The translations under genes were made by a program, and so were the position numbers. The notes under the pieces were generated by a model. That model saw only the letters and a program-made list of their open reading frames with translations. It did no database searches and was not told the DNA's origin. A DNA stretch of 64,000 nt from the NCBI GenBank assembly GCA_035527515.1, contig DATLAJ010000114.1, positions 7,994 to 71,993 of the forward strand, in the 5' to 3' direction. Every line of letters starts with the position of its first letter. Positions within the stretch are counted from its first letter, which is position 1. The stretch is from a bacterium (GTDB lineage: Bacteria; B130-G9). Below are positions 1-9,453 of this stretch, piece by piece.

Positions 1-806
1 CGGCAGAAGAAGTCCTGCTTGTTGTTCTGATAGCCGGTTATGACGCCCCATTCGGGCACGTTCACGATATCGATGGCGACGACCGGCAAGCCCTTGTCTA
101 TGCTCTCGATGGTCTTCTGCCTCATCTGCGCCTCGTCCAGAGCGTTTGGCATATTCTGAAATGCCGTCTTCATGAAATAGTTTTCACTTCCACGGCCAAG
201 CGTGCGAAGCAGAACCTCCGCACAGTCGAAGCCGCAGCCCGGGTCCGGCGAGCTCGGGCACCAGTTGTCGAAAAACTGTATCCTGAAAGCCGTGCCTGAG
301 ATACCCATCAGATACTTGTAGTCATATTGCTCGCCATAATGGGCCAGGACCCGCCGAACACATGCCACGAAGCTGATCAGCTCACCGCTTTCCCAGGACA
401 GCGGCTCGATACCCTCGATGACCTTCGCATCAGGCATTCTGTGAACTCGCGCTATCACTTTCAGATAAACACCCAGTTTGCCGGGCTGCACCGTCATGTC
501 TATCAGCTTCTCTCCACGCCTAATGACGAGCTTGATCTCCGGCTCGGATGCCGCAGCAATCGCCTCTCTCAGCTCAGCCGGCGTCTCAACCCTCTTGCCG
601 TCGTACTCAACGATAACATCTCCCGGTGCGATGCCGAGCCTCTGCGCCTGGCTGCCCTCAAGCAGCCTCTCCACGTGAATCTCCCGTTCCACGGACTTCG
701 CCGTAGCGCCCGACAACTGCGCTTTCTGAAGATGTGTTCCGGAGCAGGCACACAGGGCACCAGCAATGACAATCAACGCCAACAGAACAAGTGATCCCCT
801 TCTCAT
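1..806 (-). CDS. lipoprotein with PDZ domain and C-terminal BtrH_N/DUF4872-like domain; 3' end truncated by window edge
   Basis: Minus-strand ATG at 806-804. Translation begins MRRGSLVLLALIVIAGALCACSG (signal peptide plus lipobox), then a PDZ-like block GDVIVEYDGKRVETPAELREAI. The C-terminal block YDYKYLMGISGTAF...LPVVAIDIVNVPEWGVITGY is shared with CDS 34706-35686. It is absent from the supplied track because it runs off the window; the listed + ORF 327-794 is its antisense shadow. Confidence 0.7.
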   Translation of the reverse strand, partial: MRRGSLVLLALIVIAGALCACSGTHLQKAQLSGATAKSVEREIHVERLLEGSQAQRLGIAPGDVIVEYDGKRVETPAELREAIAAASEPEIKLVIRRGEKLIDMTVQPGKLGVYLKVIARVHRMPDAKVIEGIEPLSWESGELISFVACVRRVLAHYGEQYDYKYLMGISGTAFRIQFFDNWCPSSPDPGCGFDCAEVLLRTLGRGSENYFMKTAFQNMPNALDEAQMRQKTIESIDKGLPVVAIDIVNVPEWGVITGYQNNKQDFFC

Positions 807-1095
807 GAGCTAGCCTCCCTCAGAATGTTGTTCAAAATGACACCTTAAATCATAGCCTCATGTAAACTCTCGCGGCGCATTTCAAAAAATCATTGTATCC
901 GAATCCGAGCTCTCGTTTCAAGTGCTACCTCCCCATAGACAGCCGGACATGACAGAGTGTGACCAAACCCCAATGGCCGTTTGAGAATCGGGCGGTTCCG
1001 TGTTATTCTTCTCTGGGTTGGTTTTCTGGGTATTGCTGCGCTTCAATTATAGGGCACAGCGCAGATAACGCTAACCCCAGAAAAGGGAGCGGGAC

Positions 1096-3129
1096 ATGAG
1101 AACAGCATTTGTATGTGTCATCCTTGCGGCCTTTACCTTGCTGCCGTTGGCAGCGACCGCGGCCCCTACAATCACGATCTACACGGACGCCGACACGTAT
1201 CAGTCCGGCGACACGATTGAGGTGAGCCTTTCGGCTGAGAATGACGGTGAAGGGATGGCCGTTGACCTATATGTGGGAATCATCTTGCCAGACGGGGACA
1301 TCTGGTCCACGCAATACGATGGCTGGAGGCATCTCATCGAGCCGTGGGTCCCGGATATCTACGTGCCCGCCTGGTTCGAGATGGGAACTACCCCGTTTTG
1401 GACCTTCAACCTGCCGTGCGAAGTACCACCTGTAGGAGATGCAGGCGATTATGCCTTTGCTGCGCTCTTAACCTACCCAGGCACATTCACCTATGTGAGC
1501 ACGGCCAGCCTGACCCCGTTCACAGTGAATGCGACAGGATCGCATTACTATGTCAACGGCTCGACAGGTGACGACTCCAGCAAGGGATCGTTCGGCTCTC
1601 CCTGGAAAACGATAGCCCACGCCCTGGCGTCGGTTGAGGGCTCCGAGGACAATCCCGTGACGATTCATATCGTCCATGGCACCTATGCCACCTCAACCAA
1701 TGGCGAGACGTTCCCCCTCAACATGAGTAGTCATGTATCCCTTACAGGTGATGGCCCTAGCACCACGACTCTGGACGCGGAGGGCTCGGCCTACCACGTC
1801 ATCTACTGCGATGGTGCAAACAACCTCACCATAGAGAATGTCACAATAACTGGTGGCAATGCTAATGGCAGTTCATACCCGGATTGGAGTGGCGGCGGGA
1901 TATTCTGCTATAAGAGTTCGCCGACGATCGCAAACAGCACGATCTCAAACAACACTACTGACACCGGCGGCGGGGGGATTTACTGCTCGGACAGTTCGCC
2001 CATCATCTCAAACAACACGATCTCGGGCAACTCGGCCGACTACACCGGCGGCGGGATATGCTGCTGGGGTGGTTCACCGATGATCGAGAACAACACGGTT
2101 TCGGGCAACACTGTTTCGGCCGGCGACGGCGGCGGGATATACTGCTACGGAAGTTCGCCGACCATCAAGAACAATACGATCACGGGCAACAGAACCAGCG
2201 GCTCCTACACCTATGGCGGCGGGATATACTGCGAGGGCGGTTCGCCGACCATCAAGAACAACACGATCACAGGTAACAGTGCCAACCTCTGGGGCGGCGG
2301 GATATACTGCTCTAACAGTTCGCCGACGATTGAAAACAACATAATCACGGACAACAGTGCTTACTGCGGCGGCGGGATATGCTGCGAGAACGATTCGCCG
2401 ACTATCTCAAACAATACGATCACGGGCAATAGTGCCGACCGCGGCGGCGGGATAGCCTGCTATTGGTACAGTTCGCCGATGATTGAGAACAACACAATCA
2501 CGGATAACAGTGCCTACCGCGGCGGCGGGATATTCTGCTACGAGAACAGTTCGCCGATGATTGAGAACAACACAATCACAGGCAACAGTGCCAACTGGTT
2601 CGGCGGCGGGATATACTGCTATAAATGTTCGCCGAGTATCTCAAACAACACAATCACGGGCAACACTGCCGACGACGATGGTGGTGGAATATACTGCTAT
2701 AAAAGTTCGCCGAGGATTGAAAACAACACGATCATTAGCAACTCGGCCTCTTGGGGCGGCGGGATATGCTGCGAGCACTACAGTGCGCCGGTCATCTTCG
2801 ACTGCATCATCTGGGGCAACGGTGACGACCTTTATGACTGCTCGGCAACCTACTGCTGCATTGAGGGCGAGGATGCGGGCGAGGGTAACATCCACGACGA
2901 CCCGATGTTCGTTACAGGTCCCCTGGGGAAATACTATTTGCACCCGGATAGTCTGTGCATAGACGCCGGGCGCATATCGGTTAGCGCCGCGGGCCTTTCT
3001 GACCGGACCACCCAGGCGGACGGCACGCCCGACACGGGGATCGTGGATATGGGCTACCATTATCCTCCCTTAACGCAGTTGGCAGTTGGCAGTTGGCAGT
3101 TGGCCCTGACACAGGAGGCTGTCCTATAA
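1096..3129 (+). CDS. secreted right-handed parallel beta-helix repeat protein (pectin-lyase fold/DUF1565-like) with N-terminal ~115-aa accessory domain
   Basis: Signal peptide MRTAFVCVILAAFTLLPLAATAA. About 15 tandem 22-26 aa coils of the form SSPTIxNNTITGNSAxxGGGIYC, a conserved YHYP motif near the C-terminus, and the capping motif DPMFV...YYLHPDSLCIDAG. RBS aaaagggagcggg lies upstream. Confidence 0.8.
   Translation: MRTAFVCVILAAFTLLPLAATAAPTITIYTDADTYQSGDTIEVSLSAENDGEGMAVDLYVGIILPDGDIWSTQYDGWRHLIEPWVPDIYVPAWFEMGTTPFWTFNLPCEVPPVGDAGDYAFAALLTYPGTFTYVSTASLTPFTVNATGSHYYVNGSTGDDSSKGSFGSPWKTIAHALASVEGSEDNPVTIHIVHGTYATSTNGETFPLNMSSHVSLTGDGPSTTTLDAEGSAYHVIYCDGANNLTIENVTITGGNANGSSYPDWSGGGIFCYKSSPTIANSTISNNTTDTGGGGIYCSDSSPIISNNTISGNSADYTGGGICCWGGSPMIENNTVSGNTVSAGDGGGIYCYGSSPTIKNNTITGNRTSGSYTYGGGIYCEGGSPTIKNNTITGNSANLWGGGIYCSNSSPTIENNIITDNSAYCGGGICCENDSPTISNNTITGNSADRGGGIACYWYSSPMIENNTITDNSAYRGGGIFCYENSSPMIENNTITGNSANWFGGGIYCYKCSPSISNNTITGNTADDDGGGIYCYKSSPRIENNTIISNSASWGGGICCEHYSAPVIFDCIIWGNGDDLYDCSATYCCIEGEDAGEGNIHDDPMFVTGPLGKYYLHPDSLCIDAGRISVSAAGLSDRTTQADGTPDTGIVDMGYHYPPLTQLAVGSWQLALTQEAVL
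3082..3104. repeat. short tandem heptad repeat (GTTGGCA x3) at 3' end of CDS 1096-3129
   Basis: gcagttggcagttggcagttggcc is read directly in the sequence. It encodes the atypical tail QLAVGSWQLAL, which is absent from the paralogs. Confidence 0.6.
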
Positions 3130-3272
3130 GTGCATCTGCATGGAAGAATCCCTGTGTTGAAGGATGCCTGACCCTGGATGTAGGGGCGGTTCACGAACCG
3201 CCCGACCTCAGCGCCACAACAGATTGTGGGCGATTCGTGAATCGCCCCTACAAAAAACACGCCTGGCTCCTT
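3128..3272. repeat. ~145-bp structured repeat element, copy A (inverted partner at 11132-11279); contains a nested 74-bp palindrome
   Basis: About 95% identical to the reverse complement of 11132-11279. The core is tgtaggggcggttcacgaaccgccc...gggcgattcgtgaatcgcccctaca, with outer arms TGTAGGGGCG/CGCCCCTACA and two 9-bp-stem hairpins. The track ORFs 3060-3260(-) and 11073-11279(+) give near-identical peptides (MFFVGAIHESPTICCGAEVGR...) only because they translate the repeat. Confidence 0.75.
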
Positions 3273-3396
3273 TATTGGACAGCCTCACCGGTCAAGGGGA
3301 CGAAGAGGCGGCAGGGGGGCAATACACCTGCAACTTACAACCTACGGCTGATTTCATCCTTCATCCTTCCGCCTTCATCCTTGCTTGCGACCTGGT

Positions 3397-3425
3397 TTGC
3401 ACAGTTGAGCAGGGGGCGATATGAT
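3397..3425 (+). promoter_or_regulatory. sigma70-like promoter TTGCAC-17-TATGAT upstream of TPR lipoprotein gene
   Basis: ttgcac at 3397-3402, a 17-nt spacer, tatgat at 3420-3425. The gene RBS gggaggcgga lies at 3481-3490. Confidence 0.35.
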
Positions 3426-3491
3426 AAGGTTGAGGCAGGGACATGAGTGGTTTGGGCAGAGTGCAGCGGAGTAAATAAAAGGGAGGCGGAG

Positions 3492-5387
3492 ATGACAAGC
3501 GTTATGAGGAGGCACACGGCTTTGGCGGCGATCGTTGCGATTGCTCTCGTTGGGGTCTTATTGGGTTGCGCAGCAAGGATGGCCGATAGCCAGTGGAAGA
3601 AGGGGATGTCCGCCGAGAGCAAAGGTCGTATCGACGATGCTATCCGGTATTACAGCAAGGCAATAGAGCTGAATCCTGAGCACAAGACAGCATATCGGAT
3701 GCGGGGCACACTCTACTTGATGGAGAAGAAGGAGTATGACCTTGCCATAGCGGACCTCTCGAAAGCTCTCGAGATCGATCCTTCGGACGTGGATTGTCTC
3801 ATCAACCGAGGCGTCGCATATCGCAAGAAAGGAGAGTATGGCAAATCTATTGCCGATCTGACCAGGGCGATTGAACTCAAGCCCGATTCGTTTCACGCCT
3901 ACCAGGCACGGGCAAACGCCTTAAGACGCATGGAGCGATATGACGAGGCGATTGCGGATTACGATGAGGCGATAGAGCTTAAGCCTCGTAGTGCGAAGGC
4001 CTTTTTGAATCGAGGTGTGGCCTATCACAAGAAGGGTGATTTTGAGCATGAGATCAGAGACTACTCCAGCGCCCTTCAGATCGACCCCCAATACCTGACA
4101 GCGCTTGATAATCGGGGTTTGGCCTACACTAGTACAGGTCAACTGGACGACGCCATTGCTGACTACTCCAGGATAATCTCGATAGACCCGCAGCGTGCGA
4201 CGGCATACATGGGTAGCGCCTGGGCGATGTGCCTGTCGGGCAAGTTCGAGGACGCGCTGGTTGACGCCAGCAAGGCGATAGAGCTCGATCCGCAGGACCC
4301 TGACGCCCTAGACACGAGGGGCTACGCCTATGCCGGTCTTGGCCACCACGAGAAGGCCATAGCCGACTATGATAAGGCAATTGACTTAAAGCCGGACCTC
4401 GTCAGCGCGCGCATTCACAGGGCAGAGAGTCTCGCAGCGATCGGGAAGTTCGACGCCGGTCTCCTCGATGCCAATAAAGCGATCGAGCTCGATGCCGAAA
4501 GCGCCCACGCTTACGACGCCAGAGGCAACGTTTATGCTGAGATGGGCCAATACAAAGAGGCGCTTGCGGATTACGACAAGGCGATAGCGCTCAAGCCGGG
4601 CTACGCGGAGGCGTTCTTTCACCGGGCCAAGCTTCATTATGCGCACGCCCTCCTTGACAAGGCACTCGCCGACTACGCCGGGGCGATCGCGCTTGACCCG
4701 CACAGAGCGGACTTTTTTCTGGCCCGCGGGCCCCTTTACGAGGACCGGGAAATGTTTGGGGCTGCAATCGCGGATTACACGAGCGCAATAGCCGCCGAAC
4801 CAACTTGCTCAGAAGCGTATCTCAGGCGAGGGTTCGTCTATTTCACACAGGGAAAGTTCAAACGCGCCGTCGCGGATTACAACGTTGCGATACAGATCGA
4901 TCCCCAATGTGACCAGTGTTACATGGGCCGTGCCCAGGCCTGCGCCTCGCTGCGCCTCAACGACGAGGCGATCAGGAGTTGCGACAAGGCTATCGAGATC
5001 AGCCCGGGCAGTTGGGAGGCGTTCCAGCTGCGTGGCTCGTGTCATCTGGAGAAGGGGGAGTTTGCGGCGACGGTCTCAGACTGCGGCAGGGCAATCGAGC
5101 TTAACCCTCAGTGCAGCGAGGCATACAACAATCGAGGGTTCGCCAGGGCCGCTCTGGGGCAAGTGAAGGAATCGCTCGAGGACTACGGATGTGCGGTAGA
5201 GTTGAACCCGACGTTCGCTGATGCCTACTTCAACATGGCCACGGTTTATGAGGCGATCGGGGAAATTGATCAGGCTATTCGGGCCTATAAGCTGTTTGTT
5301 CGATATGCGCCTCCAGAGCGCAGCGGGAGCGTTCGGAACGCCAGAATAAAGGTCCTGGAACTGGCGAGGCGCAAGGGTCGGGAGTAA
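3492..5387 (+). CDS. tetratricopeptide-repeat lipoprotein
   Basis: Start refined to ATG 3492 (MTSVMRRHTALAAIVAIALVGVLLGC, lipobox LLGC) with a good RBS; the track's 3447 start adds 15 unlikely residues. It has more than 14 canonical TPR units (AIxxYxKAIELxP... repeated). Confidence 0.8.
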   Translation: MTSVMRRHTALAAIVAIALVGVLLGCAARMADSQWKKGMSAESKGRIDDAIRYYSKAIELNPEHKTAYRMRGTLYLMEKKEYDLAIADLSKALEIDPSDVDCLINRGVAYRKKGEYGKSIADLTRAIELKPDSFHAYQARANALRRMERYDEAIADYDEAIELKPRSAKAFLNRGVAYHKKGDFEHEIRDYSSALQIDPQYLTALDNRGLAYTSTGQLDDAIADYSRIISIDPQRATAYMGSAWAMCLSGKFEDALVDASKAIELDPQDPDALDTRGYAYAGLGHHEKAIADYDKAIDLKPDLVSARIHRAESLAAIGKFDAGLLDANKAIELDAESAHAYDARGNVYAEMGQYKEALADYDKAIALKPGYAEAFFHRAKLHYAHALLDKALADYAGAIALDPHRADFFLARGPLYEDREMFGAAIADYTSAIAAEPTCSEAYLRRGFVYFTQGKFKRAVADYNVAIQIDPQCDQCYMGRAQACASLRLNDEAIRSCDKAIEISPGSWEAFQLRGSCHLEKGEFAATVSDCGRAIELNPQCSEAYNNRGFARAALGQVKESLEDYGCAVELNPTFADAYFNMATVYEAIGEIDQAIRAYKLFVRYAPPERSGSVRNARIKVLELARRKGRE

Positions 5388-5442
5388 CTCGCTGGCGCTA
5401 CAAGATGCACGAAATCGCACTCACATGAATCCTATGCTATTA

Positions 5443-6564
5443 TCAGAACGCCCCACTAGAAGGGTGCTCCGCCGATTCTTTTGGTGAGTTGTCCCGGACC
5501 GCGGCGACATGTTTCTCAAGGTAGGCAAGCGTCTTCAGCGCTAGGATGAGGCCCATTGCAAGAATGATGAGGATTAAAAAACTGTATTTGAACGGAATGA
5601 GAACCGTTATGAAAGCGATAACGCCGAGGTATGCTGAGACAAAGTAGATAAGGACAACGGCCTGTCGCTGGGAGAGGCCAAGCGTAAGGAGCCTGTGATG
5701 TAGGTGCTCGCGGTCGGCCTTGAAGGGGTGAGTTCCGCGAAAGAGCCTTCTGAGAAAGGCGAGTCCCGTGTCCATCAGCGGAACCGCCATTGAGGTGATT
5801 GGGACGAGCAGGGCGACAGCGACGGTGCTCTTGGACGCTCCGAGCAGGGACATGGCCGCAAAGATGAAGCCGAGGCACATACTTCCCGTATCGCCCATGA
5901 AGATGCTTGCGGGAAAGAAGTTGAATTTGAGGAAGCCGAGGACGGCGCCTGCGACCGCGACGGAGAGCAAGCCGATCTGATAATCACCCCTGTAAATTGT
6001 AACGGACATCAAAGTCAGCGACGCTATGAAGACGACGCCCGCTGCGAGACCGTCGAGTCCATCGATTAGGTTCACCGAGTTAGTCAAACCGACAACCCAA
6101 AGCACGGTGAGCATCACTCCGACGGCAGCGGGGACGGCGATTGAGCCGGTCTGCGAAAGCGGAGAGGTGAACTTCTCTATGCCGAACCCGTAGAGAATGA
6201 GCACGATTGATGCGATAATCTGCCCCACGAGTTTCAAGGTAGGTCGCAAACCCTTGATGTCGTCGTAGATGCCCACACCCATCACGATGAGGCATCCGAT
6301 GAACATGCCGGTCAGCTTGCGTGCGAGCGCGTTGCTGGGATCAGGGCACAGCTGAAGGCCGAGCAGCGCCGAGATGCCAAACGCGGCGATTATCGCGATG
6401 CCGCCGAGCGACGGGATAGGTTTTGAATGGACCTTTCTATGGCTAGGAAAGTCCATGGCGCCAATGCGCCTCGCCAGCGCCCTGACAATGGGCGTGAGCA
6501 CGAGAGAGACGGCGACGCCGGTCGCAAAGACCGCTGCGTATGTCAGTAAGAGGGTCATTAGCAT
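5443..6564 (-). CDS. UDP-GlcNAc/MurNAc:undecaprenyl-phosphate sugar-1-phosphate transferase (GT4 MraY/WecA family)
   Basis: Polytopic membrane protein with the family hallmark NSVNLIDGLDGLAAG and the DD.xG / GDTGS motifs (FMGDTGSMCLG). Confidence 0.8.
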   Translation of the reverse strand: MLMTLLLTYAAVFATGVAVSLVLTPIVRALARRIGAMDFPSHRKVHSKPIPSLGGIAIIAAFGISALLGLQLCPDPSNALARKLTGMFIGCLIVMGVGIYDDIKGLRPTLKLVGQIIASIVLILYGFGIEKFTSPLSQTGSIAVPAAVGVMLTVLWVVGLTNSVNLIDGLDGLAAGVVFIASLTLMSVTIYRGDYQIGLLSVAVAGAVLGFLKFNFFPASIFMGDTGSMCLGFIFAAMSLLGASKSTVAVALLVPITSMAVPLMDTGLAFLRRLFRGTHPFKADREHLHHRLLTLGLSQRQAVVLIYFVSAYLGVIAFITVLIPFKYSFLILIILAMGLILALKTLAYLEKHVAAVRDNSPKESAEHPSSGAF

Positions 6565-6622
6565 GTCCCTCGATACGCTTTCGAGTCGGTGGGTTCAGAA
6601 GCAGAATCAGGATATGTCCTGT

Positions 6623-7975
6623 TCATTGGAGCTCGGTCCAGACTTGCTCCGGCCTGCCAAGAAGGATCCTGTCGATGGCCTCCTTGCCCTGCATAAACGA
6701 GTGATCGGTGTTGCCTATCTCGTAGCGCCAGCCGCCAAATCTGCCCCTCGACAGGATATTGTGTGATTCAAGGAACTCGAGCACCGTCCTGAGATTCTGG
6801 TTCCTGTCAAGCGTCGGGACGGGATAGGAGTGGCTCAGTTTGATGACTTTTGTGCTGACTAGGCCGTCAACATCTTGAGTCGCAATGAGGCCGGCGGCGA
6901 TGAGCCCATCGAGCGCGCTTTCAACGGCGCTGCGAGCGACATTATCGAGCTCGTGTGGTTGGCAGGAGACCTCGCAGACGAGGGAGTGGTGGTCTGCATC
7001 GGGGACGTTGTTCGGGGAGTAGTTTGAGAAATAGGTAACGCGGTAGAAGGGTGAATTGTCCTCCGGAAAATACATCCAGCACTTGTCGCTTGGACATGGG
7101 TTCCGGAAGCCCAGACCGACCATGACACCCGCGGTGGTCCCGAGCCTTGAGGCGGCGTCCCGCACAGCGTCAGGCGCGACTCGAGTAATCGCTGCGAGCT
7201 CGTCCAGAGGTACGCTGGTCAGCAGGGCGTCAAAAGTGGTTCGCACGCCGTTTTCAAACTCGAGCGTCCTCGAGTTGAGGTCCAGAGCGATGAGGCGATG
7301 GTTCAAATGGAGGTGTTCTTTGACGTGCTGTCGGTAGCCCTCGAACATGGCCCCGGTGCCGCCATTCAGTGGGAACCTGAACTTGCTGTTGGGACCCCAG
7401 CCCACATCGTCTTTCTGAAGGACAACGTTGCCAAGTACCCTCTCGAAATCGATGACGCTGACGCGCTCCGCTATCCAGTCTTTCGACATTCTCTCCAACG
7501 GAAACTTCCAGGCCATGTTGTTGTAGGGGACCATGAAATGCCTCGCAATGCCTCTTCCGAAGACTGCGTCGATCCATTCACGGAAGTTAGAGGAACGATG
7601 GCTGTCTCGGGACGCCTCGAACAGGCCGACTAGGCACTCGAGGACGATTTCTTTCGGCAGGTAGCGGATGTTGTTCTGGAACGGATATGGAACCCACTTG
7701 TCGTAGATTCTTATGAAGCTTCGCCGCTCGTGAGAGAGGTAATCGTCGCCCAGAACGCTGTCAACGTAGCGGTCGAAGTAGTCGTAGTGGGAGAACACAA
7801 CGTGGCCGCCGACGTCCCAGACGAAGCCCTTGTCATCCGTGAAAGACGCCGCCAGGCCGCCTAGGTAACCGTTCTGCTCGTAGATGTCCCAGCTCTCGTG
7901 GCCCAGCTCGTTGAGCCGGTAGGCGGCGCCGATGCCCGTCGGCCCCGCGCCAACGATTACGATCTTTTTGCTCAA
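6623..7975 (-). CDS. FAD/NAD(P)-binding oxidoreductase (UDP-galactopyranose mutase/amine-oxidase-like fold)
   Basis: N-terminal Rossmann motif KIVIVGAGPTGIGAAY, then E(x)NGYLGGLAASF. TTG start at 7975. The specific substrate was not determinable from sequence. Confidence 0.6.
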   Translation of the reverse strand: MSKKIVIVGAGPTGIGAAYRLNELGHESWDIYEQNGYLGGLAASFTDDKGFVWDVGGHVVFSHYDYFDRYVDSVLGDDYLSHERRSFIRIYDKWVPYPFQNNIRYLPKEIVLECLVGLFEASRDSHRSSNFREWIDAVFGRGIARHFMVPYNNMAWKFPLERMSKDWIAERVSVIDFERVLGNVVLQKDDVGWGPNSKFRFPLNGGTGAMFEGYRQHVKEHLHLNHRLIALDLNSRTLEFENGVRTTFDALLTSVPLDELAAITRVAPDAVRDAASRLGTTAGVMVGLGFRNPCPSDKCWMYFPEDNSPFYRVTYFSNYSPNNVPDADHHSLVCEVSCQPHELDNVARSAVESALDGLIAAGLIATQDVDGLVSTKVIKLSHSYPVPTLDRNQNLRTVLEFLESHNILSRGRFGGWRYEIGNTDHSFMQGKEAIDRILLGRPEQVWTELQ

Positions 7976-8146
7976 CTATTCGTCCTTGTTTGCAGGTGGG
8001 CGGCGAAATGCCTCGCGCATCTTCGACATTATTTCGATTTTCTCGGCAAAAGGAAGCCTAGACAGCTGCTTCCTTACTTTGTCTCTCTCCTCACTGAAGA
8101 CTTTCCAGAATTGCTGTGAGTCTTTGATATAGAGGAGTTTCTTCAC
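7976..8146 (-). CDS. small basic ORF (56 aa), stop codon directly abutting the TTG start of the downstream oxidoreductase
   Basis: Minus-strand GTG start at 8146. Translation is VKKLLYIKDSQQFWKVFSEERDKVRKQLSRLPFAEKIEIMSKMREAFRRPPANKDE. It is below the 60-aa track cutoff, has a GAGG-like RBS 9 nt upstream and clean lysine-rich composition. Confidence 0.3.
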   Translation of the reverse strand: MKKLLYIKDSQQFWKVFSEERDKVRKQLSRLPFAEKIEIMSKMREAFRRPPANKDE

Positions 8147-8411
8147 TGTCGAACCTCTTCACTTCTGTCTTGCGTCAATAGCGCTCATACTCGGGGCTAA
8201 CTGTATCAGGTTTTCCGGGCGTGTCAGCAGATCATTTTGGGGTGTTGTCTAAATCTCACACGCTGCCATTCTATCAGAACAAGCAAAAACGGTGTCTAAA
8301 CGGCCAGTTTAGTCTGAATCTGCTCTCTCCCTTGGGAGTCTCCCTTGGGAGAGAGCTCATTCAAGTAACTTCGAAGACGTCCGAGGCGCCGGCTAATCCG
8401 TCGGTTTTTTT

Positions 8412-9419
8412 CTAGCTCTGCGCCAGCAAAGATGTGATCGCGGCCAGAACGACAATATCGTTTGCTGAACAGCCCCGCGAGAGATCGTTCACCGGTGCAC
8501 CCAGCCCCTGCGCAATCGGGCCGAACGCCTCCGCGCCGCCGAGGCGCTGAACCAGTTTGTAACTGATGTTAGCTGCGTTGAGATCGGGGAAGATGAGGAC
8601 GTTGGCGTGGCCAGCGACCGTGCTGCCGGGCGCCTTCTTGGCTCCGACTTTCTCGACAATGGCGGCGTCAGCCTGAAGCTCGCCGTCGATGGCAAGGTCT
8701 GGCGCCTTCTCCTGAGCGAGCTTCGTCGCCTCGATGACCTTATCGACCGTTGGATGCTTGGCGCTTCCCTTGGTTGAGAAGGAGAGCATCGCGACCACTG
8801 GTTCGACGCCGATGAGAGCCTTGTATGTGCTCGCCGAGGAGACGGCTATGTCCGCCAGCTGCTCTGCTGTGGGGTCAGGCACAAACGCCGGGTCAGAGAA
8901 GATGAGTATCTTGTCCTCGCCGCACGAGGATTTGGGCACCACCATGATCATGGAGCTCGAGACCACCTTGCAGCCCGCCCGTGTGCCAACCACATGGATT
9001 GCGGCTCTCAGGACGCTGCCTGTGCTGTGACATGCGCCGGTTACCATTCCGTCCGCCATGCCCTTCCTGATCATCATCGCGCCGAAGTAAAGGCTGCCAA
9101 GCTCAGCACTCGTCAGAAGACCTCTCGCCTCATCAGGCGTCATGCCCTTGGCCTTCCGAATCTCATAGAGCGCGTTCCCGAAATCCTCGATCTTGTCGCT
9201 CTTCATAAAATCAAATATCTCGACCCCGCTGAAGTTCAGGTTCTGCTTCCGGGCCTCGGCCAATATCTCGTCCTTCGGGCCGAGGATTGTAACGCCGCAT
9301 ATCTCCTCCTTGACAAGAGTAGCGGCCGCCTCGACCATTCGCGGGTCAGGCCCCTCGCCGAGAACGATCTGCATCTTCCTCGCGCGTGCTCGCCTTTTCA
9401 GCTGTTCAACCAAATCCAT
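8412..9419 (-). CDS. pta: phosphate acetyltransferase
   Basis: Full-length match to the PTA_PTB family: MVTGACHSTGSVLR, VAMLSFSTKGSAKHP, DGELQADAA, FPDLNAANISYKLVQRLG, PVNDLSRGCS. Confidence 0.9.
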   Translation of the reverse strand: MDLVEQLKRRARARKMQIVLGEGPDPRMVEAAATLVKEEICGVTILGPKDEILAEARKQNLNFSGVEIFDFMKSDKIEDFGNALYEIRKAKGMTPDEARGLLTSAELGSLYFGAMMIRKGMADGMVTGACHSTGSVLRAAIHVVGTRAGCKVVSSSMIMVVPKSSCGEDKILIFSDPAFVPDPTAEQLADIAVSSASTYKALIGVEPVVAMLSFSTKGSAKHPTVDKVIEATKLAQEKAPDLAIDGELQADAAIVEKVGAKKAPGSTVAGHANVLIFPDLNAANISYKLVQRLGGAEAFGPIAQGLGAPVNDLSRGCSANDIVVLAAITSLLAQS

Positions 9420-9453
9420 CTGTGTCCTCCTAAGTATTCATACATAAACAACG

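Noticed and set aside
327-794. 155-aa plus-strand ORF at the window start
   Set aside because: It lies antisense within the minus-strand lipoprotein/PDZ gene (1-806), which has a clear signal peptide, PDZ motif and paralog support. It is an ORF-track artefact caused by the real gene being edge-truncated.
3060-3260. Near-identical small ORFs 3060-3260(-) and 11073-11279(+), apparent duplicated micro-protein
   Set aside because: Both are translations of the inverted-repeat element. The encoded sequence coincides with the strongly palindromic DNA, and the N-terminal parts differ exactly where the repeat ends. Treated as non-coding repeat.
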